A DNA stretch of 21,570 bases, taken from contig JBHIAH010000044.1 of assembly GCA_046758505.1 (NCBI GenBank), positions 1-21,570 of the forward strand, read 5' to 3'. The DNA is from Candidatus Methylomirabilales bacterium. GTDB taxonomy: Bacteria; Methylomirabilota; Methylomirabilia; Methylomirabilales; CSP1-5. The position numbers and the translations under genes are program-made. Position 1 is the first letter of the stretch, and the number at the start of each line of letters is the position of its first letter. A model generated the notes under the pieces. The model searched no databases, was not told the origin of the DNA, and saw nothing but the letters and a program-made list of their open reading frames with translations. Below, piece after piece: positions 1 to 7,421 of the stretch.

Positions 1-175
1 GTTCCTGCTGATCGCCCTGGCGCATGACATACGCATAGGTGAGGAAGCCGAGGGTGACGAGGGTAGCGACGCCCCCCAAGAGGGCCGTCACGATCCAGGG
101 CCGCGTCACGCGAAGCTGCAAGGGACTGGAAGTTTCCCTGGTGAGGACGACAACGGTATACACCTTGTGGATCAT
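1..175 (-). CDS. 5' part (runs off the window) of a membrane-anchored protein, probably an M23-family metallopeptidase
   Basis: Not in the ORF track. My translation from ATG 175, with SD GAGGAG just upstream: MIHKVYTVVVLTRETSSPLQLRVTRPWIVTALLGGVATLVTLGFLTYAYVMRQGDQQE... A short beta-rich cytoplasmic segment plus one TM helix is the usual N-terminus of bactofilin-associated M23 peptidases. The catalytic domain is outside the window, so the family call is inference. Confidence 0.6.
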   Translation of the reverse strand, partial: MIHKVYTVVVLTRETSSPLQLRVTRPWIVTALLGGVATLVTLGFLTYAYVMRQGDQQE

Positions 176-389
176 CCGCTCCTCAGGCCGCGCGAAATTA
201 GAGACGCCTGCGCCGCGCTATTCCGTGAAAAAGTCCCATCCATCTGCGTGGACTCGGTCTAACCGGCCGACTTGCCTGCGGGTAGAGGCCGGAGGGCTCC
301 ATTGCGTGGAGCCCTTCGAGAGGCAGCGCAGGGTGGCTTTGGTCACAGTGGGAATCCTCAAACGAGACGCAGCGGCGGTTCAGGACCTG

Positions 390-803
390 TCAGCGCACGA
401 ACGGGACCACCGAGGAATCCCGGGCCGCCTCATCGGGCCTCGTCGCGGCCATGTGGCACTGCCCTTCGAAGAGGACACCTTCCTCGAGGACCACGACGGG
501 GGCTTCCAGGTCCCCGAAGACGCGGGCAGACCCCTTGAGCTCCACGCGCGCATTGGCCTGGACGTTCCCCACCACCTCCCCCATGATCACGACCGACTCC
601 GCCCGGATCGTGGCGTTGATGACCGCTTTCTCCCCCACGATGAGCGTGTCCGTCGTCACGACCTCGCCCTGCAACGTGCCATTCAGCAGGACAGTCCCGG
701 TGCCGGTGAAGGTGTACTTCCCCTCGATCTTGGAGCGCTCGTCGATGAAGGCCATGATCCCTGAATGCTTGCTTGAAGGCTTACGCGTGGATTTCCACAG
801 CAT
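390..803 (-). CDS. Bactofilin (polymer-forming cytoskeletal protein, CcmA/DUF583 family)
   Basis: Beta-helix repeats (FIDERSKIEG, LLNGTLQGEV, LIVGEKAVINATI, VVIMGEVVGNV, VELKGSARVFGDL, LEEGVLFEGQCHM). Start moved to ATG 803, downstream of SD GGAGGT. Confidence 0.92.
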   Translation of the reverse strand: MLWKSTRKPSSKHSGIMAFIDERSKIEGKYTFTGTGTVLLNGTLQGEVVTTDTLIVGEKAVINATIRAESVVIMGEVVGNVQANARVELKGSARVFGDLEAPVVVLEEGVLFEGQCHMAATRPDEAARDSSVVPFVR

Positions 804-960
804 GGGAAAAGTCACCTCCCGCAGGGGCAGGCCTCCCTGCGCCTCGTCCTTCGATTCATACGTGCGATGACGAACCGTTGCACCCAGGACGTCGTGCTGA
901 GTGAACCCAGATGTTCATCATCCGTGGAGGCATACGGCAGAGCATTGGCAAATCGAAACA

Positions 961-1413
961 CTAGCTCTCCCGGGTGACCTGTTTCTCTTTCACCAGGTGA
1001 ACCGGAGGCCTCGCCCCCTCGGCCTCCTTGAGCTTGACCACGTTGCCGTTGAAGAACCCACCCTTGGAGATCACGAGCGAATTGGTCTCGATGTTGCCGT
1101 CCACCCGCCCCGAGGGAGTAATCTCCACGCTGCCGGTCGCCACCATGTTCCCCTCGTACTCCCCGTGAACGACGGCATCCACCGTCCGCACGTCAGCATG
1201 CACGGAGCCCCGCTCGCCAATGACGAGCTTGCCGCCCACCTTTAGTTCCCCGCCCACCTTGCACTCGATTTCAATCGAGTCGGTGATGTCGAACTTGCCC
1301 TCGAGTTTGGCCTCACTTCCCATCACGGTCAGGAGGGGGAACCGGCTCGAGGGGTTGCTGTTGTTGGGGAGTTCGGATGATTCATGTTGCTGGGGTGTTG
1401 TGCGTCTCAGCAT
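961..1413 (-). CDS. Bactofilin (second paralogue)
   Basis: TVMGSEAKLEGKF, LVIGERGSVHADV, VVHGEYEGNM, VEITPSGRVDGNI, LVISKGGFFNGNV. Start moved to ATG 1413, after purine-rich GAGGGGG. Confidence 0.92.
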   Translation of the reverse strand: MLRRTTPQQHESSELPNNSNPSSRFPLLTVMGSEAKLEGKFDITDSIEIECKVGGELKVGGKLVIGERGSVHADVRTVDAVVHGEYEGNMVATGSVEITPSGRVDGNIETNSLVISKGGFFNGNVVKLKEAEGARPPVHLVKEKQVTRES

Positions 1414-1560
1414 CGGTGCCCCCTCTTGATTGTTGGGTCCAATCAGGACCCCTTTACAGAACACCCGCGCCCGAGTTTACCTGCATCGGTCCTCGGCAGC
1501 GTCGACAGGCAGACCCACGGCGGAACCCGTGAGCTCGGCAGGAATCCCCTGAGCAAGGGG

Positions 1561-1576
1561 TGCAAATTTCATGCCT
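1561..1576 (-). promoter_or_regulatory. Sigma-54 (RpoN) -24/-12 promoter for the bactofilin cluster
   Basis: Minus strand reads AGGCATG-AAAT-TTGCA versus consensus TGGCACG-N4-TTGCW, with exact GG-N10-GC spacing. It points toward the bactofilin genes; predicted TSS ~1550. Confidence 0.7.
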
Positions 1577-1623
1577 TGCTCGCCAACGCCATCGAAGCAT
1601 GCCTGGCATCGACGGAGCCGCCG

Positions 1624-1655
1624 GCCATGGCGGTCGGGCGGGATTCCGCCATGGC
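1624..1655. repeat. Perfect 10-bp inverted repeat (GCCATGGCGG-N12-CCGCCATGGC), possible enhancer/operator
   Basis: Read directly. It lies ~75-105 bp upstream of the predicted sigma-54 TSS, in the divergent intergenic region. Confidence 0.45.
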
Positions 1656-1670
1656 ACCCCGGTATGCGCA

Positions 1671-1679
1671 TGCTACAAT
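1671..1679 (+). promoter_or_regulatory. Extended -10 promoter candidate for cobB
   Basis: TGcTACAAT upstream of the sirtuin gene; no convincing -35. Confidence 0.4.
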
Positions 1680-1752
1680 CGGATCGGAGAAGAGATCCGG
1701 GTCCCCGGAGAGAGCGTCGTGATGTGTGAGGCGGGACCGTGGCAGAGAGTCG

Positions 1753-2520
1753 GTGACCAAGAGCGAAGACATCCCACGGGAAATCGATTCGGCGATGCGG
1801 ACCTTGAGCCGCCGACTCGACGCGGCCACGTCGGTCGTGGTGCTCACGGGAGCAGGGGTCTCGGCAGAGAGCGGCATCCCCACCTTTCGCGACGCCGGGG
1901 GCCTGTGGCAGCAGTATAGGCCGGAAGAGCTCGCCACCCCGGAGGCGTTCGAGCGCGACCCGGGACTGGTCTGGCAGTGGTACGACTGGCGGCGCCAGAA
2001 AATCGCCGGCGCCTCCCCGAACCCTGCCCACGAGGCCTTGGCCCGGATGGAACGCATCGTTGCCGGGTTCGTCCTGATCACCCAGAATATCGACGGCCTG
2101 CACCGGATCGCCGGAAGCCGACACATCATCGAGCTGCACGGCTGTATCTGGCGGGTCCGGTGCCAGGCGGAGGGCACGGTCCACGAAAACCGCGACGTCC
2201 CCCTGCGGGCACTGCCGCCCCGCTGCAACTGCGGAAGCCTGCTGCGCCCCGATGTGGTCTGGTTTGGCGAGCCCCTTCCCACCGAGGCTCAGGCCCGGGC
2301 CTTCGCCGCGGCGGCGTCCTCCGCGGTCTTCCTCACGGTCGGCACGTCCGCCCTCGTGCACCCCGCCGCCTCCCTCCCCATGGTCGCGAGGGATCACGGG
2401 GCCTTCGTCGCCGAGATCAATCCCGCCCCCACACAGATCACTCCCTTTGTTGACGCCCACTTTCCGGGTAAGGCGGGCGTGATCCTCCCCAAGATTCTCT
2501 CCATGCTGGCAGATCACTAG
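1753..2520 (+). CDS. cobB: NAD-dependent protein deacylase, class III sirtuin
   Basis: GAGVSAESGIPTFR, TQNIDGLH, ELHG, RPDVVWFGE, VGTSALVHPA and EIN motifs. WYDWRR carries the YxxR desuccinylase signature. The Zn site reads CQAE...CNCG. Start uncertain (1726, 1753 or 1795). Confidence 0.93.
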   Translation: MTKSEDIPREIDSAMRTLSRRLDAATSVVVLTGAGVSAESGIPTFRDAGGLWQQYRPEELATPEAFERDPGLVWQWYDWRRQKIAGASPNPAHEALARMERIVAGFVLITQNIDGLHRIAGSRHIIELHGCIWRVRCQAEGTVHENRDVPLRALPPRCNCGSLLRPDVVWFGEPLPTEAQARAFAAAASSAVFLTVGTSALVHPAASLPMVARDHGAFVAEINPAPTQITPFVDAHFPGKAGVILPKILSMLADH

Positions 2521-2564
2521 GGGCAAATCCTTAAACTCATACTTCAGAAAAACTGAAAAACTAC

Positions 2565-2595
2565 TTGACAAATAAGACGTTTGACTTTCTAATCT
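2565..2595 (+). promoter_or_regulatory. Sigma-70-type promoter candidate
   Basis: Perfect TTGACA at 2565-2570, with TCTAAT at 17 bp (or TAATCT at 19 bp) and an A-rich upstream tract. SD GGGAGGAG precedes GTG 2626. Confidence 0.55.
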
Positions 2596-2625
2596 TTCGC
2601 ATCCCCCCTCGGGAGGAGCCTTGAC

Positions 2626-3711
2626 GTGACACAACACCGAAAGATGGCATTCGGCCTCGGCCTCCTTGCCGCGCTTCTCGCCGGGTGCGCTGCCCTCGGG
2701 GCCGCGACCTCCGTCGCCACCACGGCTGTGGGCGGAAGACTTTACGTGAGGAGTCAAACCGTGGAACGTACCTTCGTCGCACCGACGCCAGCCGTCAAGG
2801 AGGCCTGCCGTCGCGCGCTGACGGAGATGGCCTTCACCATCCAACGGGAAGAGACTGGCAAAAACGGATACCGTATCCTGGCTCTCGCGTCCGACGAGTA
2901 CGAAGTCGAGATCACCATCACCCCCATCACGCCGAAGGCGACCAAGGTTTCGGTGAAGGCTGACTCCCTTCCGGACCGGGACAAAGCCACCGGCCTCGAA
3001 ATCATCAATCAGATGGCCGCCACCCTGTCCCCTCCTCCTCCCCAGCTCTTTGTTTCCCCGACCAGCAGGGTTGGGCGCACGGTCCCGGCCGTGCACATGG
3101 TCCGGACATCTCCCCTCGTGACCTCTCCACTCGTGATCGAAGAGGATCGACCGCCCCGGGGTCCCGGATTACCCTCGACGTCATCGGGAAGGACCGTGCA
3201 ACCCCCGCCCCCCCAATCCCCAACCCCCATCGGGCCGCTGCCCGCGGCAACAAACCCAGAACCGCCGGCGGTGCCGCTCACTGTCAGCCGACAGGCGCCG
3301 CAAAAAGCCAGGATACTCGGGAGAAAACCGGAGGATACCCTCACCCTCGAGCAGACGTACGAGACGGCGATCCGCGAATACGTGCAGGGGAACTTCCCGA
3401 CCGCGATCGCACATCTCCGGAGATACCTCGCGGCCCACCCCGACCCCGCGGAGAAGCCGAGGGCGCTCTATTGGCTGGGAGAATCTCTCTACAGCCAGCG
3501 GGAGTACGCCGACGCGCTCCTCCAGTTCGAGACCATCCTCCGAGACTTTCCGCGGAGCCCCGAAGTCCCGCGGGCCCTGTTGAAGGGGGCCCACACCTAC
3601 CATGCCCTTCACGAGACGCGCGAGGCAGCGCGGCTGCTTCGCACGTTGATCACGCAGCACCCCACCTCCCGGGAAGCCCAGGTGGGACGCCCCCTGATGG
3701 CGGAATGGTAA
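2626..3711 (+). CDS. Lipoprotein: DUF3568-like N-terminal domain, Pro-rich linker, C-terminal CpoB/YbgF-like TPR domain
   Basis: Lipobox LLAGC followed by an Ala/Gly-rich segment and an alpha/beta domain typical of DUF3568. About 100 aa of Pro/Ser/Thr linker. Three TPR-like repeats (YETAIREY..GNF..AI, ALYWLGESLY..REY..AL, ALLKGA..Y...LITQHPTSREA). Confidence 0.75.
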   Translation: MTQHRKMAFGLGLLAALLAGCAALGAATSVATTAVGGRLYVRSQTVERTFVAPTPAVKEACRRALTEMAFTIQREETGKNGYRILALASDEYEVEITITPITPKATKVSVKADSLPDRDKATGLEIINQMAATLSPPPPQLFVSPTSRVGRTVPAVHMVRTSPLVTSPLVIEEDRPPRGPGLPSTSSGRTVQPPPPQSPTPIGPLPAATNPEPPAVPLTVSRQAPQKARILGRKPEDTLTLEQTYETAIREYVQGNFPTAIAHLRRYLAAHPDPAEKPRALYWLGESLYSQREYADALLQFETILRDFPRSPEVPRALLKGAHTYHALHETREAARLLRTLITQHPTSREAQVGRPLMAEW

Positions 3712-3801
3712 CAGGGTACGCCGCGTCTTTTTTCCCTTGCAATTTTCCCCCGCCGCCATTACATAAGTGACAATTTTGCGGAGCCACGGAAGAGTCCGAG
3801 T

Positions 3802-4974
3802 ATGGCGAACGTCCTCCTCCGCCGCCGGGGGCAGCAGCGAATTCTGAGAGGGCACCCCTGGATCTACCAGGCGGACGTGGAGAGAACCGAAGGGGCACCC
3901 GAGAAGGGGGATCTCGTTGACCTCTACGGGGCCGGCCACCGCTTCCTGGGCCGGGGCTACATCAATCCGGATTCCCAGATCTGCGTGCGCCTCCTCACCC
4001 GAGAGCAGGAGCCGATCGATGCTCCCTTCTTCCGCCGGCGCATCGCAGCCGCCATGGCGTACCGGCGGCGACTCGCCATCCCTTCCACCGCCATGCGCAT
4101 GGTGTACGCCGAGGCGGACGCCCTCCCCGGCCTCTTGCTCGATTGCTACGGGGACATCGTGGTGGTGCAGATCCTCACCGCCGGCATGGAGCATCTCCGG
4201 GGGGTCTGGCTGCCCGCGATCCAGGAACTCTTCCATCCCCGCGGGATCCTGCTCCGGAACGATGTCCCCTCCCGCCTCCTGGAAGGCCTCCCGCTGGAGC
4301 AGGATTTCCCCGAGGGGCCTTTCGAGCCGATCGTGACCATCGAAGAGGAAGACCTCCGGTTCCGGGTGGACGTCGCCACGGGTCAGAAGACCGGGTTTTT
4401 CCTCGACCAGCGCGAGAATCGCCTGGCCGTGCGTCCGCTGGCCGCTGGGCGCCAGGTCCTGGATTGCTTTTGCTATACCGGGGGGTTCGCCCTGCACGCG
4501 GGCAAGGCGGGGGCGCGGCAGGTGGAAGGGATCGACATCTCCGAAGAGGCAGTCGCCACGGCAACAGCAAACGCGGCGCTGAACCACCTCGCGGATCGTT
4601 GTACCTTTCGACGCGGCAACGTCTTTGACGAGCTCCGGGAGCTCGAGCGGGCGGGACGCCGCTTCGATCTCATCATCCTCGACCCCCCCGCCTTCACCAA
4701 GTCCAAGGAGGCAGTGGCAGGGGCACTCCGTGGATACAAAGAGATCAACCTCCGGGCCATGAAGCTCGTGCGCCCCGCCGGGATCCTCGTCACCTCCTCC
4801 TGCTCGTATCACCTGACCGCGGCGGCCTTCCTGGCGATGCTGGAGGATGCGGCGGCCGATGCCCGAGTCCGCTGTCGGATCCTGGCGGTCCGGACCCAGG
4901 CGAGAGACCACCCGTCCCTCTTGGGGGTGCACGAAACGAACTATCTCAAGTGCGTCTTCCTGGAACGGCTCTGA
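3802..4974 (+). CDS. rlmI: Class I SAM-dependent rRNA methyltransferase, RlmI/YccW family (PUA domain)
   Basis: GHPWIY PUA start, EADALPGLLLD, GQKTGFFLDQRENR, VLDCFCYTGGF, FDLIILDPPAF, LVTSSCS, YLKCVFL. Confidence 0.85.
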   Translation: MANVLLRRRGQQRILRGHPWIYQADVERTEGAPEKGDLVDLYGAGHRFLGRGYINPDSQICVRLLTREQEPIDAPFFRRRIAAAMAYRRRLAIPSTAMRMVYAEADALPGLLLDCYGDIVVVQILTAGMEHLRGVWLPAIQELFHPRGILLRNDVPSRLLEGLPLEQDFPEGPFEPIVTIEEEDLRFRVDVATGQKTGFFLDQRENRLAVRPLAAGRQVLDCFCYTGGFALHAGKAGARQVEGIDISEEAVATATANAALNHLADRCTFRRGNVFDELRELERAGRRFDLIILDPPAFTKSKEAVAGALRGYKEINLRAMKLVRPAGILVTSSCSYHLTAAAFLAMLEDAAADARVRCRILAVRTQARDHPSLLGVHETNYLKCVFLERL

Positions 4975-5000
4975 CGGCGTGAGCAGCAGCGGGGGGATTC

Positions 5001-5867
5001 ATGAGCGAGACGGCATTTGACGCGGACCAGCTGAAGCTGGTCCAAAAGGCATATGACCTGATGGCCGAGGAGTACGACATCCTCGATGATCGCATCAACC
5101 CCTTCTACGTCAATGGGTACAAGGTCCTGGATTATTTTGTCCAGAGGTTGATCCCCCGCTGGCACGGCCAAATCGTTCTGGACGTCGGCTGCGGGTCGGG
5201 GCTGCAGACCGTCCAGTTTGCCCCCCGGGCAAAACACGTGGTGGCCATTGATATCTCGGGCGCGCTGATGCGCAAAGTCCAAGAGAAGCTGAGGCCGCGA
5301 GGACTGACCAATGTCACCCTCCTCCAGGGCAACGCAACCCAGATCCCCCTGCAGAACTGCTCGGTCGATTTCGTCTCTGCGTACGGCGATGTGATCGGCC
5401 ACATCCCGGATTACGAGCGGGCGATTGCCGAGATGGCCCGGGTCTGCCGCCGCGGTGGGACGGTGACGATCGAATACGATAACAAGTGGCACCTCGGCCT
5501 GCTGTATCATCCCGGCGACCTCTGGCACGCCTGTACCACCCGGCGGCGGGGGAATCTGCGGCAGTGGACCTATGAATACCTCACCCACGACTCCACGGTG
5601 AATCTCACTTACAAGACCTTCACCTTTCCGGAAATGCACTCACTCCTGCACCGGTACGGACTCGACGTCACCGAGCGCGCCGGGATGCACATCCTCTCCT
5701 CACTGATCCCTGAGCACCTGCAGGACCCGCCCAAGGAACGGCTCCCCCTCAAGGCACACTACGCCCGCATCCTCCAGGCCATCGGCCAGTGCGACTTTCG
5801 CCTGAAGCAGCTCTTCCCCCTCTATACGCTGGGTTACTCCACCATCGTGGTCGCGCGCAAACAGTGA
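5001..5867 (+). CDS. Class I SAM-dependent methyltransferase, substrate unknown
   Basis: Motif I VLDVGCGSG, VVAIDIS, GNATQIPL..SVDFV, EMARVCRRGG. Confidence 0.85.
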   Translation: MSETAFDADQLKLVQKAYDLMAEEYDILDDRINPFYVNGYKVLDYFVQRLIPRWHGQIVLDVGCGSGLQTVQFAPRAKHVVAIDISGALMRKVQEKLRPRGLTNVTLLQGNATQIPLQNCSVDFVSAYGDVIGHIPDYERAIAEMARVCRRGGTVTIEYDNKWHLGLLYHPGDLWHACTTRRRGNLRQWTYEYLTHDSTVNLTYKTFTFPEMHSLLHRYGLDVTERAGMHILSSLIPEHLQDPPKERLPLKAHYARILQAIGQCDFRLKQLFPLYTLGYSTIVVARKQ

Positions 5868-5872
5868 AGCTG

Positions 5873-5900
5873 GACCGAAGACGGGAGACCGACGACCGGA
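5873..5900 (+). repeat. Heptamer tandem array (GACCGAA GACGGGA GACCGAC GACCGGA)
   Basis: Four imperfect 7-bp units directly after the methyltransferase stop codon. Confidence 0.65.
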
Positions 5901-5949
5901 ATTCGATGACGCACGTCGGCAGTGGCACCGGCGAGAGGAAGAAAGCGGA

Positions 5950-6110
5950 GGAGCAGCCCCTGCACGCCCCTCGCTCCGGGCTTCCCGCGGCGACCCTGGT
6001 CGGTCCGAAAGTCTTCGGACTCCCGGCATGTCGCTCGGGACCTGCAGGCGCTGCCGAGAACCGCTTTTGCTCATGAACATCAAGCCCGGAGCCGAGGGAG
6101 GGGCAGCTCC
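5950..6110. repeat. Long imperfect palindromic element (MITE/REP-like or structured RNA)
   Basis: Nested pairings: 5950-5960/6100-6110 (1 mismatch), 5968-5973/6093-6098, perfect CTCCGGGCTT 5974-5983/AAGCCCGGAG 6082-6091. An internal hairpin ~5984-6039 is capped by GTCCGAA-agtc-TTCGGAC. Confidence 0.6.
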
Positions 6111-6133
6111 GCGAGGAAAGCGGAATCTGGTTT

Positions 6134-6201
6134 GCGGCCGGCCGGGGTCCCGCCACCGGAGCGCAGCGCAGGTGGGGGTGGCCGTCCCGGTATCTGGCCG
6201 T
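6134..6201. repeat. Second hairpin element with GAGCGCAGCGCA apical loop (REP-like)
   Basis: GCGGCC/GGCCGT, GCCGGG/CCCGGT and CCACC/GGTGG nested stems. Confidence 0.4.
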
Positions 6202-6368
6202 GAGAGCCTGCGCGGAACTATGCACTCCACGAACCATTGACCCGTGGAATTATTCCGCTGACGAGCGGGATGCCTCTCGCGAGGCTCACATAATCCGAGG
6301 CCCGGAACGAGGGACCGAAGGCGCTGCCTAGACGTGGGTGCTAACCGATACGCTGTGAAGGTCCTCGG

Positions 6369-7421
6369 TCATCGGCTGGCTTTGACCTCGGTCCAGACCC
6401 GGTCGTACAGGATGAGGGCCTGCCCGACGTCCCGGAGCGCCTCGAGGCGGGCCATCACCGGGGGCGAGGGGTAGACGGCGGGGTTTTCCAGAATCGCGCG
6501 GGGGAGATGCGAACGGGCCGCCTCGTTCGGCGACGCCTGCATCGTGTAGCGGACGATCCGGGCGGCCACCTCCGGCCTCAGGAGGTAGTTGATGAACACC
6601 CCGGCGGTCCTCCGGCGCGCGGACGACTGCGGGATGCACAGGTTGTCGTGAAAGACGGTTCCCCCCTCCTTCGGAATCACATACGCGAGGGAGGGTTTCT
6701 CTGCGGCCGCCCTGGCCAGATCCCCGTTCCAGGCCTGGGCCAAGGCGATCTCCCCTTGGAGGAGGAGCTGATCATAATTCTCGCTGTTGTACGTCCGGAC
6801 CAGCGGTTTCTGCCTTTGTAGGAGGCCCTTCGCCGCCTCCAACGCTTCAGGATCGGTGGAATTGATCGGGTGGCCCAAGAGACGCAAGGCCACCGCGAGG
6901 GCCTCCCGCTGGTCATTGAGCATGCTGATCCGCCCGCGATAGCGCGCATCCCACAGGACCCACCAGCTCTCGGGCCGGGGCACCTTGTCGGTATCGTAGG
7001 CTACCCCCGTCGTTCCCCAGAGGTACGGGACACAATAACGGTTTTCGGGATCGTAGGGGAGCCCGAGATGTCGGGTCCCGATGTACCGAAGGTTGGGGAG
7101 CGCCGCCTTCTCCAACTCGTGGAGGAGTCCCTCTTTGATCATCACCTCCACCATATAGTCGGAGGGGACGATGATATCGTATCCGACGCCGCCGGCCTGG
7201 AGCTTGGCCAACAGGTCCTCGTTGCTGGCGTAGTTGTCCTGGACCACCCGCACCCCGAACTCCGTGGTGAAGTCGGTGAGGACGGTGGGATCGATATAGT
7301 CCCCCCAATTGAACAGATAGATCTCCCGGTCCAGCCCCGAACCGGACGGGCCGCGACCACACCCGGCCACCACGAGGAACAGCCCCAGGGCGAGCGTCCG
7401 GATGCGTGTGATGCATCTCAT
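6369..7421 (-). CDS. potD: Spermidine/putrescine ABC transporter substrate-binding lipoprotein
   Basis: Lipobox VVAGC; NWGDYID, SNEDL, YDIIVPSDY, PYLWGTTG, AWNGD, IPKEG motifs. ATGA overlap with the upstream permease. Confidence 0.9.
   Translation of the reverse strand: MRCITRIRTLALGLFLVVAGCGRGPSGSGLDREIYLFNWGDYIDPTVLTDFTTEFGVRVVQDNYASNEDLLAKLQAGGVGYDIIVPSDYMVEVMIKEGLLHELEKAALPNLRYIGTRHLGLPYDPENRYCVPYLWGTTGVAYDTDKVPRPESWWVLWDARYRGRISMLNDQREALAVALRLLGHPINSTDPEALEAAKGLLQRQKPLVRTYNSENYDQLLLQGEIALAQAWNGDLARAAAEKPSLAYVIPKEGGTVFHDNLCIPQSSARRRTAGVFINYLLRPEVAARIVRYTMQASPNEAARSHLPRAILENPAVYPSPPVMARLEALRDVGQALILYDRVWTEVKASR

Noticed and set aside
1652..1667. Second sigma-54-like site TGGCAC...ATGC on the plus strand
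   Set aside because: GG-to-GC spacing is 11, not the obligatory 10.
5950..6110. 6S RNA, SRP RNA or RNase P RNA
   Set aside because: The loop is one-sided (no central bubble), there is no SRP GGAA/AGCAG motif, and GAGGAAAG at 6113 is not followed by the RNase P UCC and helices.
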